Assembly (NCBI RefSeq): GCF_036365525.1
Contig: NC_090399.1
Span: 57,878,430-57,942,429 of the forward strand
DNA from: Heterodontus francisci
Lineage: Eukaryota
Direction of reading: 5' to 3'
DNA: 64,000 nucleotides
The position numbers were made by a program, and so were the translations under genes. The notes beneath the pieces were generated by a model. It saw nothing but the letters and a program-made list of their open reading frames with translations, was not told where the DNA came from and searched no databases. This document shows, piece after piece, positions 36,601-51,600 of this stretch; the stretch's first letter is position 1, and the number at the start of each line of letters is the position of its first letter.

Positions 36601-39600
36601 CAGAGGGAGAGATTGGTGGGTGTGGTCACAGAGAGATCAGAGGGAAAGATTGGAGGGTGTGGTCACAGAGAGATCAGAGAGAGTGATTGGAGGGTGTGGT
36701 CACATAGAGATCAGAGAGAGAGATTGGAGGGTGTGGTCACAGAGAGATCAGAGGGAGAGATTGGAGGGTGTGGTCACAGAGAGATCAGAGGGAGAGATTG
36801 GTGGGTGTGGTCACAGAGAGATCAGAGGGAGAGATTGGAGGGTGTGGCACAGAGAGCTCAGAGGGAGAGATTGGAGGCTGTGGTCACAGAGAGATCAGAG
36901 GGAGAGATTGGAGGGTGTGGTCACAGAGAGATCAGAGGGAAAGAGTGGAGGGTGTGGCACAGAGAGCTCAGAGGGAGAGATTGGAGGGTGTGGTCACAGA
37001 GAGATCAGAGAGATTGGAGGTTGTGGTCACAGAGAGATCAGAGGGAGAGATTGTAGGGTGTGATCACAGAGTGCTCAGAGGGAGAGATTGGAGGGTGTGG
37101 TCACAGAGAGATCAGAGGGAGAGATTGGTGGCTGTGGTCACAGAGAGATCAGAGGGAGAGATTGGAGGGTCTGGTCACAGAGAGATCAGAGGGAGAGATT
37201 GGAGGGTGTGTTCACAGAGAGATCAGAGGGAGAGATTGGAGGGTGTGGTCACAGAGAGATCAGAGGGAAAGATTGGAGGGTGTAGTCACAGAGAGATCAG
37301 AGAGAGAGATTGGAGGGTTGTCACAGAGAGATTGGAGGGTGTGGTCACAGAGAGATCAGAGGGAGAGATTGGAGGGATGTCACAGAGAGATTGGAGGGTG
37401 TGGTCACAGAGAGATCAGAGGGAGAGATTGGAGGGTGTGGTCACAGAGAGATCAGAGAGAGAGATTGGAGGGTGTGGTCACAGAGAGATCAGAGAGAGAG
37501 ATTGGAGGGTGTGGTCACAGAGAGATCAGAGGGAGAGATTGGAGGGTGTGGTCACAGAGAGATCAGAGGGAGAGATTGGAGGGTGTGGTCACAGAGAGAT
37601 CAGAGAGAGTGATTGGAGGGTGTGGTCACAGAGAGATCAGAGGGAGAGATTGGAGGGTGTGGCACAGAGAGCTCAGAGGGAGAGATTGGAGGGTGTGGTT
37701 ACAGAGAGATCAGAGAGAGTGATTGGAGGGTGTGGTCACAGAGAGATCAGAGGGAGAGATTGGAGGGTGTGGTCACAGAGAGATCAGAGGGAGAGATTGG
37801 AGGGTGTGGTCCCAGAGAGATCAGAGAGAGTGATTGGAGGGTGTGGTCACAGAGAGATCAGAGGGAGAGATTGGAGGGTGTGGTCACAGAGAGATCAGAG
37901 AGAGAGATTGGAGGGTGAGGTCACAGAGAGATCAGAGTGAGAGATTGGAGGGTGTGGTCACAGAGAGATCAGAGGGAGAGATTGGAGGGTGTGGTCACTG
38001 AGAGATCAGAGAGAGAGATTGGTGGGTGTGGTCACTGAGAGATCAGAGGGAGAGATTGGAGGGTGTGGTCACAGAGAGATCAGAGGGAGAGATTGGAGGG
38101 TGTGGTCACAGAGAGATCAGAGGGAGAGATTGGAGGGTGTGGTCACAGAGAGATCAGAGAGAGAGATTGAAGTGTGTGGTCACAGAGAGATCAGAGAGAG
38201 TGATTGGAGGGTGTGGTCACAGAGAGCTCAGAGGGAGAGATTGGTGGGTGTGGTCACAGAGAGATCAGAGGGAGAGATTGGAGGGTGTGGTCACAGAGAG
38301 ATCAGATGGAGAGATTGGAGGGTGTGGTCACAGAGAGATCAGAGGGAGAGATTGGAGGGTGTGGTCACAGAGAGATCAGAGAGAGAGATTGGAGAGTGTG
38401 GTCACCGAGAGATCAGAGGGAGAGATTGGTGGGTGTGGTCACTGCGAGATCAGAGGGAGGGATTGGAGGGTGTGGTCACAGAGAGATCAGAGAGAGAGAT
38501 TGGAGGGTGTGGTCACAGAGAGCTCAGAGGGAGAGATTGGAGGGTGTGGTCACAGAGAGATCAGAGGGAGAGATTGGTGGGTGTGGTCACAGAGAGATCA
38601 GAGGGAGAGATTGGAGGGTGTGGTCACAGAGAGATCAGAGGGAAAGATTGGAGGGTGTGGTCACAGAGAGATCAGAGAGAGAGATTGGAGGGTGTGGTCA
38701 CAGAGAGATCTGAGAGAGTGATTGGAGGGTGTGGTCACAGAGAGATCAGAGTGAGAGATTGGACGGTGAGGTCACAGAGAGATCAGAGAGAGAGAGATTG
38801 GAGGGTGTGGACACAGAGAGATCTGAGAGAGTGATTGGAGGGTGTGGTCACAGAGAGGTCAGAGTGAGAGATTGGAGGGTGTGGTCACAGAGAGATCAGA
38901 GAGAGAGATTGGAGGGTGTGGTTACAGAGAGATCAGAGGGAAAGATTGGGGGGTGTGGCACAGAGAGCTCAGAGGGAGAGATTGGAGGGTGTGGTCACAG
39001 AGAGATCAGAGGGAGAGATTGGAGGGTGCGGTCACAGAGAGGTCAGAGGGAGAGATTGGTGGGATGTCACAGAGAGATCAGAGGGAGAGATTGGAGGCTG
39101 TGGTCACAGAGAGATCAGAGGGAGAGATTGGAGGGTGTGGTCACAGAGAGATCAGAGGGAAAGATTGGAGGGTGTGGCACAGAGAGCTCAGAGGGAGAGA
39201 TTGGAGGGTGTGGTCACAGAGAGATCAGAGAGATTGGAGGGTGTGGTCACAGAGAGATCAGAGGGAGAGATTGGAGGGTGTGGTCACAGAGAGGTCAGAG
39301 AGAGAGATTGGAGGGTGTGGTCACAGAGAGATCAGAGGGAGAGATTGGTGGGTGTGGTCACAGAGAGATCAGAGGGAGAGATTGGTGGGTGTGGTCACAG
39401 AGAGATCAGAGGGAGAGATTGGAGGGTGTGGTCACAGAGAGATCAGAGGGAGAGATTGGTGGGTGTGGTCACAGAGAGATCAGAGGGAGAGATTGGAGGG
39501 TGTGGTCACAGAGAGCTCAGAGGGAGAGATTGGAGGGTGTGGTCACAGAGAGATCAGAGGGAGAGATTGGAGGGTGTGGTCACAGAGAGGTCAGAGGGAC

Positions 39601-42600
39601 AGATTGGTGGGATGTCACAGAGAGATCAGAGGGAGAGATTGGAGGGTGTGGTCACAGAGAGATCAGAGGGAGAGATTGGAGGGTGTGGTCACAGAGAGCT
39701 CAGAGGGAGAGATTGGAGGTTGTGGTCACAGAGAGATCAGAGGGAGAGATTGGAGGGTGTGGTCACAGAGAGATCAGAGGGAGAGATTGGAGGGTGTGGT
39801 CACAGAGAGGTCAGAGGGAGAGATTGGTGGGATGTCACAGAGAGATCAGAGGGAAAGATTGGGGGGTGTGGCACAGAGAGCTCAGAGGGAGAGATTGGAG
39901 GGTGTGGTCACAGAGAGATCAGAGGGAGAGATTGGAGGGTGTGGTCACAGAGAGGTCAGAGGGAGAGATTGGTGGGATGTCACAGAGAGATCAGAGGGAG
40001 AGATTGGAGGCTGTGGTCACAGAGAGATCAGAGGGAGAGATTGGAGGCTGTGGTCACAGAGAGATCAGAGGGAGAGATTGGAGGGTCTGGTCACAGACAG
40101 ATCAGAGAGAGAGATGGGAGGGTGTGGTCACAGAGAGATCAGAGGGAGAGATTGGAGGGTGTGGTCACAGAGAGATCAGAGGGAGAGATTGGAGGGTCTA
40201 GTCACAGAGAGATCAGAGGGAGAGATTGGAGGGTGTGGTCACAGAGAGATCAGAGGGAGAGATTGGAGGGTGTGGTCACAGAGAGATCAGAGGGAGAGAT
40301 TGGAGGGTGTGGTCACAGAGAGATCAGAGAGAGAGATTGGAGGGTGTGGTCACAGAGAGATCAGAGGGAGAGATTGGAGGGTGTGTTCACAGAGAGATCA
40401 GAGGGAGAGATTGGAGGGTGTGGTCACAGAGAGATCAGAGGGAAAGATTGGAGGGTGTAGTCACAGAGAGATCAGAGAGAGAGATTGGAGGGTGTGGTCA
40501 CAGAGAGGTCAGAGGGAGAGATTGGTGGGATGTCACAGAGAGATCAGAGGGAGAGATTGGAGGGTGTGGTCACAGAGAGATCAGAGAGAGAGATTGGAGG
40601 GTGTGGTCACAGAGAGATCAGAGGGAAAGATTGGAGTGTGTGGTCACAGAGAGATCAGAGGGAAAGATTGGAGGGTCTGGTCACAGAGAAATCAGAGAGA
40701 GAGATGGGAGGGTGTGGACACAGAGAGATCTGAGAGAGTGATTGGAGGGTGTGGTCACAGAGAGGTCAGAGTGAGAGATTGGAGGGTGTGGTCACAGAGA
40801 GATCAGAGGGAGAGATTGGAGGGTGTGGTCACAGAGAGGTCAGAGGGAGAGATTGGTGGGATGTCACAGAGAGATCAGAGAGAGAGATTGGAGGGTGTGG
40901 TCACAGAGAGATCAGAGGGAGAGATTGGTGGGTGTGGTCACAGAGAGATCAGAGGGAGAGATTGGAGGGTGTGGCACAGAGAGCTCAGAGGGAGAGATTG
41001 GAGGCTGTGGTCACAGAGAGATCAGAGGGAGAGATTGGAGGGTGTGGTCACAGAGAGATCAGAGGGAAAGATTGGAGGGTGTGGCACAGAGAGCTCAGAG
41101 GGAGAGATTGGAGGGTGTGGTCACAGAGAGATCAGAGAGATTGGAGGTTGTGGTCACAGAGAGATCAGAGGGAGAGATTGGAGGGTGTGATCACAGAGTG
41201 CTCAGAGGGAGTGATTGGAGGGTGTGGTCACAGAGAGATCAGAGGGAGAGATTGGAGGCTGTGGTCACAGAGAGATCAGAGGGAGAGATTGGAGGGTCTG
41301 GTAACAGAGAGATCAGAGGGAAAGATTGGAGGGTCTGGTCACAGAGAGATCAGAGGGAGAGATTGGAGGGTCTGGTCACAGAGAAATCAGAGAGAGAGAT
41401 GGGAGGGTGTGGACACAGAGAGATCAGAGAGAGAGATTGGAGGGTGTGGTCACAGAGAGATCAGAGAGAGAGATGGGAGGGTGTGGTCACAGAGAGGTCA
41501 GAGTGAGAGATTGGAGGGTGTGGTCACAGAGATATCAGAGAGAGTGATTGGTGGGTGTGGTCACAGAGAGGTCAGAGTGAGAGATTGGAGGGTGTGGTCA
41601 CAGAGATATCAGAGAGAGTGATTGGTGGGTGTGGTCACAGAGAGATCAGAGGGAGAGATTGGAGGGTGTGGTCACAGAGAGATCAGAGAGAGAGATGGGA
41701 GGGTGTGGACACAGAGAGATCAGAGAGAGTGATTGGAGGGTGTGGTCACAGAGAGGTCAGAGTGAGAGATTGGAGGGTGTGGTCACAGAGATATCAGAGA
41801 GAGTGATTGGTGGGTGTGGTCACAGAGAGATCAGAGGGAGAGATTGGAGGGTGTGGTCACAGAGAGATCAGAGAGAGAGATGGGAGGGTGTGGTCACAGA
41901 GAGATGAGAGAGAGAGATTGGTGGGTGTGGTCTCAGAGAGATCAGAGGGAGAGATTGGTGGGTGCGGTCACAGAGAGATCAGAGGGAGAGATTGGAGGGT
42001 CTGGTCACAGACAGATCAGAGAGAGAGATGGGAGGGTGTGGTCACAGAGAGATCAGAGGGAGAGATTGGAGGGTGTGGTCACAGAGAGATCAGAGGGAGA
42101 GATTGGAGGGTCTAGTCACAGAGAGATCAGAGGGAGAGATTGGAGGGTGTGGTCACAGAGAGATCAGAGGGAGAGATTGGAGGGTGTGGTCACAGAGAGA
42201 TCAGAGGGAGAGATTGGAGGGTGTGGTCACAGAGAGATCAGAGAGAGAGATTGGAGGGTGTGGTCACAGAGAGATCAGAGGGAGAGATTGGAGGGTGTGT
42301 TCACAGAGAGATCAGAGGGAGAGATTGGAGGGTGTGGTCACAGAGAGATCAGAGGGAAAGATTGGAGGGTGTAGTCACAGAGAGATCAGAGAGAGAGATT
42401 GGAGGGTGTGGTCACAGAGAGGTCAGAGGGAGAGATTGGTGGGATGTCACAGAGAGATCAGAGGGAGAGATTGGAGGGTGTGGTCACAGAGAGATCAGAG
42501 AGAGAGATTGGAGGGTGTGGTCACAGAGAGATCAGAGGGAAAGATTGGAGTGTGTGGTCACAGAGAGATCAGAGAGAGAGATTGGAGGGTCTGGTCACAG

Positions 42601-45600
42601 AGAGATCAGAGGGAAAGATTGGAGGGTCTGGTCACAGAGAAATCAGAGAGAGAGATGGGAGGGTGTGGACACAGAGAGATCTGAGAGAGTGATTGGAGGG
42701 TGTGGTCACAGAGAGGTCAGAGTGAGAGATTGGAGGGTGTGGTCACAGATATATCAGAGAGAGTGATTGGTGGGTGTGGTCACAGAGAGATCAGAGGGAG
42801 AGATTGGAGGGTGTGGTCACAGAGAGATCAGAGAGAGAGATGGGAGGGTGTGGTCACAGAGAGATGAGAGAGAGAGATTGGTGGGTGTGGTCACAGAGAG
42901 ATCAGAGGGAGAGATTGGTGGGTGTGGTCACAGAGAGATCAGAGGGAGAGATTGGAGGGTCTGGTCACAGACAGATCAGAGAGAGAGATGGGAGGGTGTG
43001 GTCACAGAGAGATCAGAGGGAGAGATTGGAGGGTGTGGTCACAGAGAGATCAGAGGGAGAGATTGGAGGGTCTAGTCACAGAGAGATCAGAGGGAGAGAT
43101 TGGAGGGTGTGGTCACAGAGAGATGAGAGAGAGAGATTGGTGGGTGTGGTCACAGAGAGATCAGAGGGAGAGATTGGAGGGTGTGTTCACAGAGAGATCA
43201 GAGGGAGAGATTGGAGGGTGTGGTAACAGAGAGATCAGAGAGAGAGATTGGAGGGTGTGGTCACAGAGAGATCAGAGGGAGAGATTGGAGGGTGTGTTCA
43301 CAGAGAGATCAGAGGGAGAGATTGGAGGGTGTGGTCACAGAGAGATCAGAGGGAAAGATTGGAGGGTCTGGTCACAGAGAAATCAGAGAGAGAGATGGGA
43401 GGGTGTGGACACAGAGAGATCTGAGAGAGTGATTGGAGGGTGTGGTCACAGAGAGATCAGAGTGAGAGATTGGAGGGTGTGGTCACAGAGATATCAGAGA
43501 GAGTGATTGGTGGGTGTGGTCACAGAGAGATCAGAGGGAGAGATTGGAGGGTGTGGTCACAGAGAGATCAGAGAGAGAGATGGGAGGGTGTGGTCACAGA
43601 GAGATGAGAGAGAGAGATTGGTGGGTGTGGTCACAGAGAGATCAGAGGGAGAGATTGGTGGGTGTGGTCACAGAGAGATCAGAGGGAGAGATTGGAGGGT
43701 CTGGTCACAGACAGATCAGAGAGAGAGATGGGAGGGTGTGGTCACAGAGAGATCAGAGGGAGAGATTGGAGGGTGTGGTCACAGAGAGATCAGAGGGAGA
43801 GATTGGAGGGTCTAGTCACAGAGAGATCAGAGGGAGAGATTGGAGGGTGTGGTCACAGAGAGATGAGAGAGAGAGATTGGTGGGTGTGGTCACAGAGAGA
43901 TCAGAGGGAGAGATTGGAGGGTGTGTTCTCAGAGAGATCAGAGGGAGAGATTGGAGGGTGTGGTAACAGAGAGATCAGAGAGAGAGATTGGAGGGTGTGG
44001 TCACAGAGAGATCAGAGGGAGAGATTGGAGGGTGTGTTCACAGAGAGATCAGAGGGAGAGATTGGAGGGTGTGGTCACAGAGAGATCAGAGGGAAAGATT
44101 GGAGGGTGTAGTCACAGAGAGATCAGAGAGAGAGATTGGAGGGTGTGGTCACAGAGAGGTCAGAGGGAGAGATTGGTGGGATGACACAGAGAGATCAGAG
44201 GGAGAGATTGGAGGGTGTGGTCACAGAGAGATCAGAGAGAGAGATTGGAGGGTGTGGTCACAGAGAGATCAGAGAGAGAGATTGGAGAGTGTGGTCACCG
44301 AGAGATCAGAGGGAGAGATTGGTGGGTGTGGTCACTGAGAGATCAGAGGGAGGGATTGGAGGGTGTGGTCACAGAGAAATCAGAGAGAGTGATTGGAGGG
44401 TGTGGTCACAGAGAGCTCAGAGGGAGAGATTGGAGGGTGTGGTCACAGAGAGCTCAGAGGGAGAGATTGGAGGGTGTGGTCACTGAGAGATCAGAGGGAG
44501 AGATTGGTGGGTGTGGTCACAGAGAGATCAGAGGGAAAGATTGGAGGGTGTGGTCACAGAGAGATCAGAGAGAGTGATTGGAGGGTGTGGTCACATAGAG
44601 ATCAGAGAGAGAGATTGGAGGGTGTGGTCACAGAGAGATCAGAGGGAGAGATTGGAGGGTGTGGTCACAGAGAGATCAGAGGGAGAGATTGGTGGGTGTG
44701 GTCACAGAGAGATCAGAGGGAGAGATTGGAGGGTGTGGCACAGAGAGCTCAGAGGGAGAGATTGGAGGCTGTGGTCACAGAGAGATCAGAGGGAGAGATT
44801 GGAGGGTGTGGTCACAGAGAGATCAGAGGGAAAGAGTGGAGGGTGTGGCACAGAGAGCTCAGAGGGAGAGATTGGAGGGTGTGGTCACAGAGAGATCAGA
44901 GAGATTGGAGGTTGTGGTCACAGAGAGATCAGAGGGAGAGATTGTAGGGTGTGATCACAGAGTGCTCAGAGGGAGAGATTGGAGGGTGTGGTCACAGAGA
45001 GATCAGAGGGAGAGATTGGAGGCTGTGGTCACAGAGAGATCAGAGGGAGAGATTGGAGGGTCTGGTCACAGAGAGATCAGAGGGAGAGATTGGAGGGTGT
45101 GTTCACAGAGAGATCAGAGGGAGAGATTGGAGGGTGTGGTCACAGAGAGATCAGAGGGAAAGATTGGAGGGTGTAGTCACAGAGAGATCAGAGAGAGAGA
45201 TTGGAGGGTTGTCACAGAGAGATTGGAGGGTGTGGTCACAGAGAGATCAGAGGGAGAGATTGGAGGGATGTCACAGAGAGATTGGAGGGTGTGGTCACAG
45301 AGAGATCAGAGGGAGAGATTGGAGGGTGTGGTCACAGAGAGATCAGAGAGAGAGATTGGAGGGTGTGGTCACAGAGAGATCAGAGAGAGAGATTGGAGGG
45401 TGTGGTCACAGAGAGATCAGAGGGAGAGATTGGAGGGTGTGGTCACAGAGAGATCAGAGGGAGAGATTGGAGGGTGTGGTCACAGAGAGATCAGAGAGAG
45501 TGATTGGAGGGTGTGGTCACAGAGAGATCAGAGGGAGAGATTGGAGGGTGTGGCACAGAGAGCTCAGAGGGAGAGATTGGAGGGTGTGGTTACAGAGAGA

Positions 45601-48600
45601 TCAGAGAGAGTGATTGGAGGGTGTGGTCACAGAGAGATCAGAGGGAGAGATTGGAGGGTGTGGTCACAGAGAGATCAGAGGGAGAGATTGGAGGGTGTGG
45701 TCCCAGAGAGATCAGAGAGAGTGATTGGAGGGTGTGGTCACAGAGAGATCAGAGGGAGAGATTGGAGGGTGTGGTCACAGAGAGATCAGAGAGAGAGATT
45801 GGAGGGTGAGGTCACAGAGAGATCAGAGTGAGAGATTGGAGGGTGTGGTCACAGAGAGATCAGAGGGAGAGATTGGAGGGTGTGGTCACTGAGAGATCAG
45901 AGAGAGAGATTGGTGGGTGTGGTCACTGAGAGATCAGAGGGAGAGATTGGAGGGTGTGGTCACAGAGAGATCAGAGGGAGAGATTGGAGGGTGTGGTCAC
46001 AGAGAGATCAGAGGGAGAGATTGGAGGGTGTGGTCACAGAGAGATCAGAGAGAGAGATTGAAGTGTGTGGTCACAGAGAGATCAGAGAGAGTGATTGGAG
46101 GGTGTGGTCACAGAGAGCTCAGAGGGAGAGATTGGTGGGTGTGGTCACAGAGAGATCAGAGGGAGAGATTGGAGGGTGTGGTCACAGAGAGATCAGATGG
46201 AGAGATTGGAGGGTGTGGTCACAGAGAGATCAGAGGGAGAGATTGGAGGGTGTGGTCACAGAGAGATCAGAGAGAGAGATTGGAGAGTGTGGTCACCGAG
46301 AGATCAGAGGGAGAGATTGGTGGGTGTGGTCACTGCGAGATCAGAGGGAGGGATTGGAGGGTGTGGTCACAGAGAGATCAGAGAGAGAGATTGGAGGGTG
46401 TGGTCACAGAGAGCTCAGAGGGAGAGATTGGAGGGTGTGGTCACAGAGAGATCAGAGGGAGAGATTGGTGGGTGTGGTCACAGAGAGATCAGAGGGAGAG
46501 ATTGGAGGGTGTGGTCACAGAGAGATCAGAGGGAAAGATTGGAGGGTGTGGTCACAGAGAGATCAGAGAGAGAGATTGGAGGGTGTGGTCACAGAGAGAT
46601 CTGAGAGAGTGATTGGAGGGTGTGGTCACAGAGAGATCAGAGTGAGAGATTGGAGGGTGAGGTCACAGAGAGATCAGAGAGAGAGATTGGAGGGTGTGGA
46701 CACAGAGAGATCTGAGAGAGTGATTGGAGGGTGTGGTCACAGAGAGGTCAGAGTGAGAGATTGGAGGGTGTGGTCACAGAGAGATCAGAGAGAGAGATTG
46801 GAGGGTGTGGTTACAGAGAGATCAGAGGGAAAGATTGGGGGGTGTGGCACAGAGAGCTCAGAGGGAGAGATTGGAGGGTGTGGTCACAGAGAGATCAGAG
46901 GGAGAGATTGGAGGGTGCGGTCACAGAGAGGTCAGAGGGAGAGATTGGTGGGATGTCACAGAGAGATCAGAGGGAGAGATTGGAGGCTGTGGTCACAGAG
47001 AGATCAGAGGGAGAGATTGGAGGGTGTGGTCACAGAGAGATCAGAGGGAAAGATTGGAGGGTGTGGCACAGAGAGCTCAGAGGGAGAGATTGGAGGGTGT
47101 GGTCACAGAGAGATCAGAGAGATTGGAGGGTGTGGTCACAGAGAGATCAGAGGGAGAGATTGGAGGGTGTGGTCACAGAGAGGTCAGAGAGAGAGATTGG
47201 AGGGTGTGGTCACAGAGAGATCAGAGGGAGAGATTGGTGGGTGTGGTCACAGAGAGATCAGAGGGAGAGATTGGTGGGTGTGGTCACAGAGAGATCAGAG
47301 GGAGAGATTGGAGGGTGTGGTCACAGAGAGATCAGAGGGAGAGATTGGTGGGTGTGGTCACAGAGAGATCAGAGGGAGAGATTGGAGGGTGTGGTCACAG
47401 AGAGCTCAGAGGGAGAGATTGGAGGGTGTGGTCACAGAGAGATCAGAGGGAGAGATTGGAGGGTGTGGTCACAGAGAGGTCAGAGGGACAGATTGGTGGG
47501 ATGTCACAGAGAGATCAGAGGGAGAGATTGGAGGGTGTGGTCACAGAGAGATCAGAGGGAGAGATTGGAGGGTGTGGTCACAGAGAGCTCAGAGGGAGAG
47601 ATTGGAGGTTGTGGTCACAGAGAGATCAGAGGGAGAGATTGGAGGGTGTGGTCACAGAGAGATCAGAGGGAGAGATTGGAGGGTGTGGTCACAGAGAGGT
47701 CAGAGGGAGAGATTGGTGGGATGTCACAGAGAGATCAGAGGGAAAGATTGGGGGGTGTGGCACAGAGAGCTCAGAGGGAGAGATTGGAGGGTGTGGTCAC
47801 AGAGAGATCAGAGGGAGAGATTGGAGGGTGTGGTCACAGAGAGGTCAGAGGGAGAGATTGGTGGGATGTCACAGAGAGATCAGAGGGAGAGATTGGAGGC
47901 TGTGGTCACAGAGAGATCAGAGGGAGAGATTGGAGGCTGTGGTCACAGAGAGATCAGAGGGAGAGATTGGAGGGTCTGGTCACAGACAGATCAGAGAGAG
48001 AGATGGGAGGGTGTGGTCACAGAGAGATCAGAGGGAGAGATTGGAGGGTGTGGTCACAGAGAGATCAGAGGGAGAGATTGGAGGGTCTAGTCACAGAGAG
48101 ATCAGAGGGAGAGATTGGAGGGTGTGGTCACAGAGAGATCAGAGGGAGAGATTGGAGGGTGTGGTCACAGAGAGATCAGAGGGAGAGATTGGAGGGTGTG
48201 GTCACAGAGAGATCAGAGAGAGAGATTGGAGGGTGTGGTCACAGAGAGATCAGAGGGAGAGATTGGAGGGTGTGTTCACAGAGAGATCAGAGGGAGAGAT
48301 TGGAGGGTGTGGTCACAGAGAGATCAGAGGGAAAGATTGGAGGGTGTAGTCACAGAGAGATCAGAGAGAGAGATTGGAGGGTGTGGTCACAGAGAGGTCA
48401 GAGGGAGAGATTGGTGGGATGTCACAGAGAGATCAGAGGGAGAGATTGGAGGGTGTGGTCACAGAGAGATCAGAGAGAGAGATTGGAGGGTGTGGTCACA
48501 GAGAGATCAGAGGGAAAGATTGGAGTGTGTGGTCACAGAGAGATCAGAGGGAAAGATTGGAGGGTCTGGTCACAGAGAAATCAGAGAGAGAGATGGGAGG

Positions 48601-51600
48601 GTGTGGACACAGAGAGATCTGAGAGAGTGATTGGAGGGTGTGGTCACAGAGAGGTCAGAGTGAGAGATTGGAGGGTGTGGTCACAGAGAGATCAGAGGGA
48701 GAGATTGGAGGGTGTGGTCACAGAGAGGTCAGAGGGAGAGATTGGTGGGATGTCACAGAGAGATCAGAGAGAGAGATTGGAGGGTGTGGTCACAGAGAGA
48801 TCAGAGGGAGAGATTGGTGGGTGTGGTCACAGAGAGATCAGAGGGAGAGATTGGAGGGTGTGGCACAGAGAGCTCAGAGGGAGAGATTGGAGGCTGTGGT
48901 CACAGAGAGATCAGAGGGAGAGATTGGAGGGTGTGGTCACAGAGAGATCAGAGGGAAAGATTGGAGGGTGTGGCACAGAGAGCTCAGAGGGAGAGATTGG
49001 AGGGTGTGGTCACAGAGAGATCAGAGAGATTGGAGGTTGTGGTCACAGAGAGATCAGAGGGAGAGATTGGAGGGTGTGATCACAGAGTGCTCAGAGGGAG
49101 TGATTGGAGGGTGTGGTCACAGAGAGATCAGAGGGAGAGATTGGAGGCTGTGGTCACAGAGAGATCAGAGGGAGAGATTGGAGGGTCTGGTAACAGAGAG
49201 ATCAGAGGGAAAGATTGGAGGGTCTGGTCACAGAGAGATCAGAGGGAGAGATTGGAGGGTCTGGTCACAGAGAAATCAGAGAGAGAGATGGGAGGGTGTG
49301 GACACAGAGAGATCAGAGAGAGAGATTGGAGGGTGTGGTCACAGAGAGATCAGAGAGAGAGATGGGAGGGTGTGGTCACAGAGAGGTCAGAGTGAGAGAT
49401 TGGAGGGTGTGGTCACAGAGATATCAGAGAGAGTGATTGGTGGGTGTGGTCACAGAGAGGTCAGAGTGAGAGATTGGAGGGTGTGGTCACAGAGATATCA
49501 GAGAGAGTGATTGGTGGGTGTGGTCACAGAGAGATCAGAGGGAGAGATTGGAGGGTGTGGTCACAGAGAGATCAGAGAGAGAGATGGGAGGGTGTGGACA
49601 CAGAGAGATCAGAGAGAGTGATTGGAGGGTGTGGTCACAGAGAGGTCAGAGTGAGAGATTGGAGGGTGTGGTCACAGAGATATCAGAGAGAGTGATTGGT
49701 GGGTGTGGTCACAGAGAGATCAGAGGGAGAGATTGGAGGGTGTGGTCACAGAGAGATCAGAGAGAGAGATGGGAGGGTGTGGTCACAGAGAGATGAGAGA
49801 GAGAGATTGGTGGGTGTGGTCTCAGAGAGATCAGAGGGAGAGATTGGTGGGTGCGGTCACAGAGAGATCAGAGGGAGAGATTGGAGGGTCTGGTCACAGA
49901 CAGATCAGAGAGAGAGATGGGAGGGTGTGGTCACAGAGAGATCAGAGGGAGAGATTGGAGGGTGTGGTCACAGAGAGATCAGAGGGAGAGATTGGAGGGT
50001 CTAGTCACAGAGAGATCAGAGGGAGAGATTGGAGGGTGTGGTCACAGAGAGATCAGAGGGAGAGATTGGAGGGTGTGGTCACAGAGAGATCAGAGGGAGA
50101 GATTGGAGGGTGTGGTCACAGAGAGATCAGAGAGAGAGATTGGAGGGTGTGGTCACAGAGAGATCAGAGGGAGAGATTGGAGGGTGTGTTCACAGAGAGA
50201 TCAGAGGGAGAGATTGGAGGGTGTGGTCACAGAGAGATCAGAGGGAAAGATTGGAGGGTGTAGTCACAGAGAGATCAGAGAGAGAGATTGGAGGGTGTGG
50301 TCACAGAGAGGTCAGAGGGAGAGATTGGTGGGATGTCACAGAGAGATCAGAGGGAGAGATTGGAGGGTGTGGTCACAGAGAGATCAGAGAGAGAGATTGG
50401 AGGGTGTGGTCACAGAGAGATCAGAGGGAAAGATTGGAGTGTGTGGTCACAGAGAGATCAGAGAGAGAGATTGGAGGGTCTGGTCACAAAGAGATCAGAG
50501 GGAAAGATTGGAGGGTCTGGTCACAGAGAAATCAGAGAGAGAGATGGGAGGGTGTGGACACAGAGAGATCTGAGAGAGTGATTGGAGGGTGTGGTCACAG
50601 AGAGGTCAGAGTGAGAGATTGGAGGGTGTGGTCACAGAGATATCAGAGAGAGTGATTGGTGGGTGTGGTCACAGAGAGATCAGAGGGAGAGATTGGAGGG
50701 TGTGGTCACAGAGAGATCAGAGAGAGAGATGGGAGGGTGTGGTCACAGAGAGATGAGAGAGAGAGATTGGTGGGTGTGGTCACAGAGAGATCAGAGGGAG
50801 AGATTGGTGGGTGTGGTCACAGAGAGATCAGAGGGAGAGATTGGAGGGTCTGGTCACAGACAGATCAGAGAGAGAGATGGGAGGGTGTGGTCACAGAGAG
50901 ATCAGAGGGAGAGATTGGAGGGTGTGGTCACAGAGAGATCAGAGGGAGAGATTGGAGGGTCTAGTCACAGAGAGATCAGAGGGAGAGATTGGAGGGTGTG
51001 GTCACAGAGAGATGAGAGAGAGAGATTGGTGGGTGTGGTCACAGAGAGATCAGAGGGAGAGATTGGAGGGTGTGTTCACAGAGAGATCAGAGGGAGAGAT
51101 TGGAGGGTGTGGTAACAGAGAGATCAGAGAGAGAGATTGGAGGGTGTGGTCACAGAGAGATCAGAGGGAGAGATTGGAGGGTGTGTTCACAGAGAGATCA
51201 GAGGGAGAGATTGGAGGGTGTGGTCACAGAGAGATCAGAGGGAAAGATTGGAGGGTGTAGTCACAGAGAGATCAGAGAGAGAGATTGGAGGGTGTGGTCA
51301 CAGAGAGGTCAGAGGGAGAGATTGGTGGGATGACACAGAGAGATCAGAGAGAGAGATTGGAGGGTGTGGTCACAGAGAGATCAGAGAGAGAGATTGGAGA
51401 GTGTGGTCACCGAGAGATCAGAGGGAGAGATTGGTGGGTGTGGTCACTGAGAGATCAGAGGGAGGGATTGGAGGGTGTGGTCACAGAGAAATCAGAGAGA
51501 GTGATTGGAGGGTGTGGTCACAGAGAGCTCAGAGGGAGAGATTGGAGGGTGTGGTCACAGAGAGCTCAGAGGGAGAGATTGGAGGGTGTGGTCACTGAGA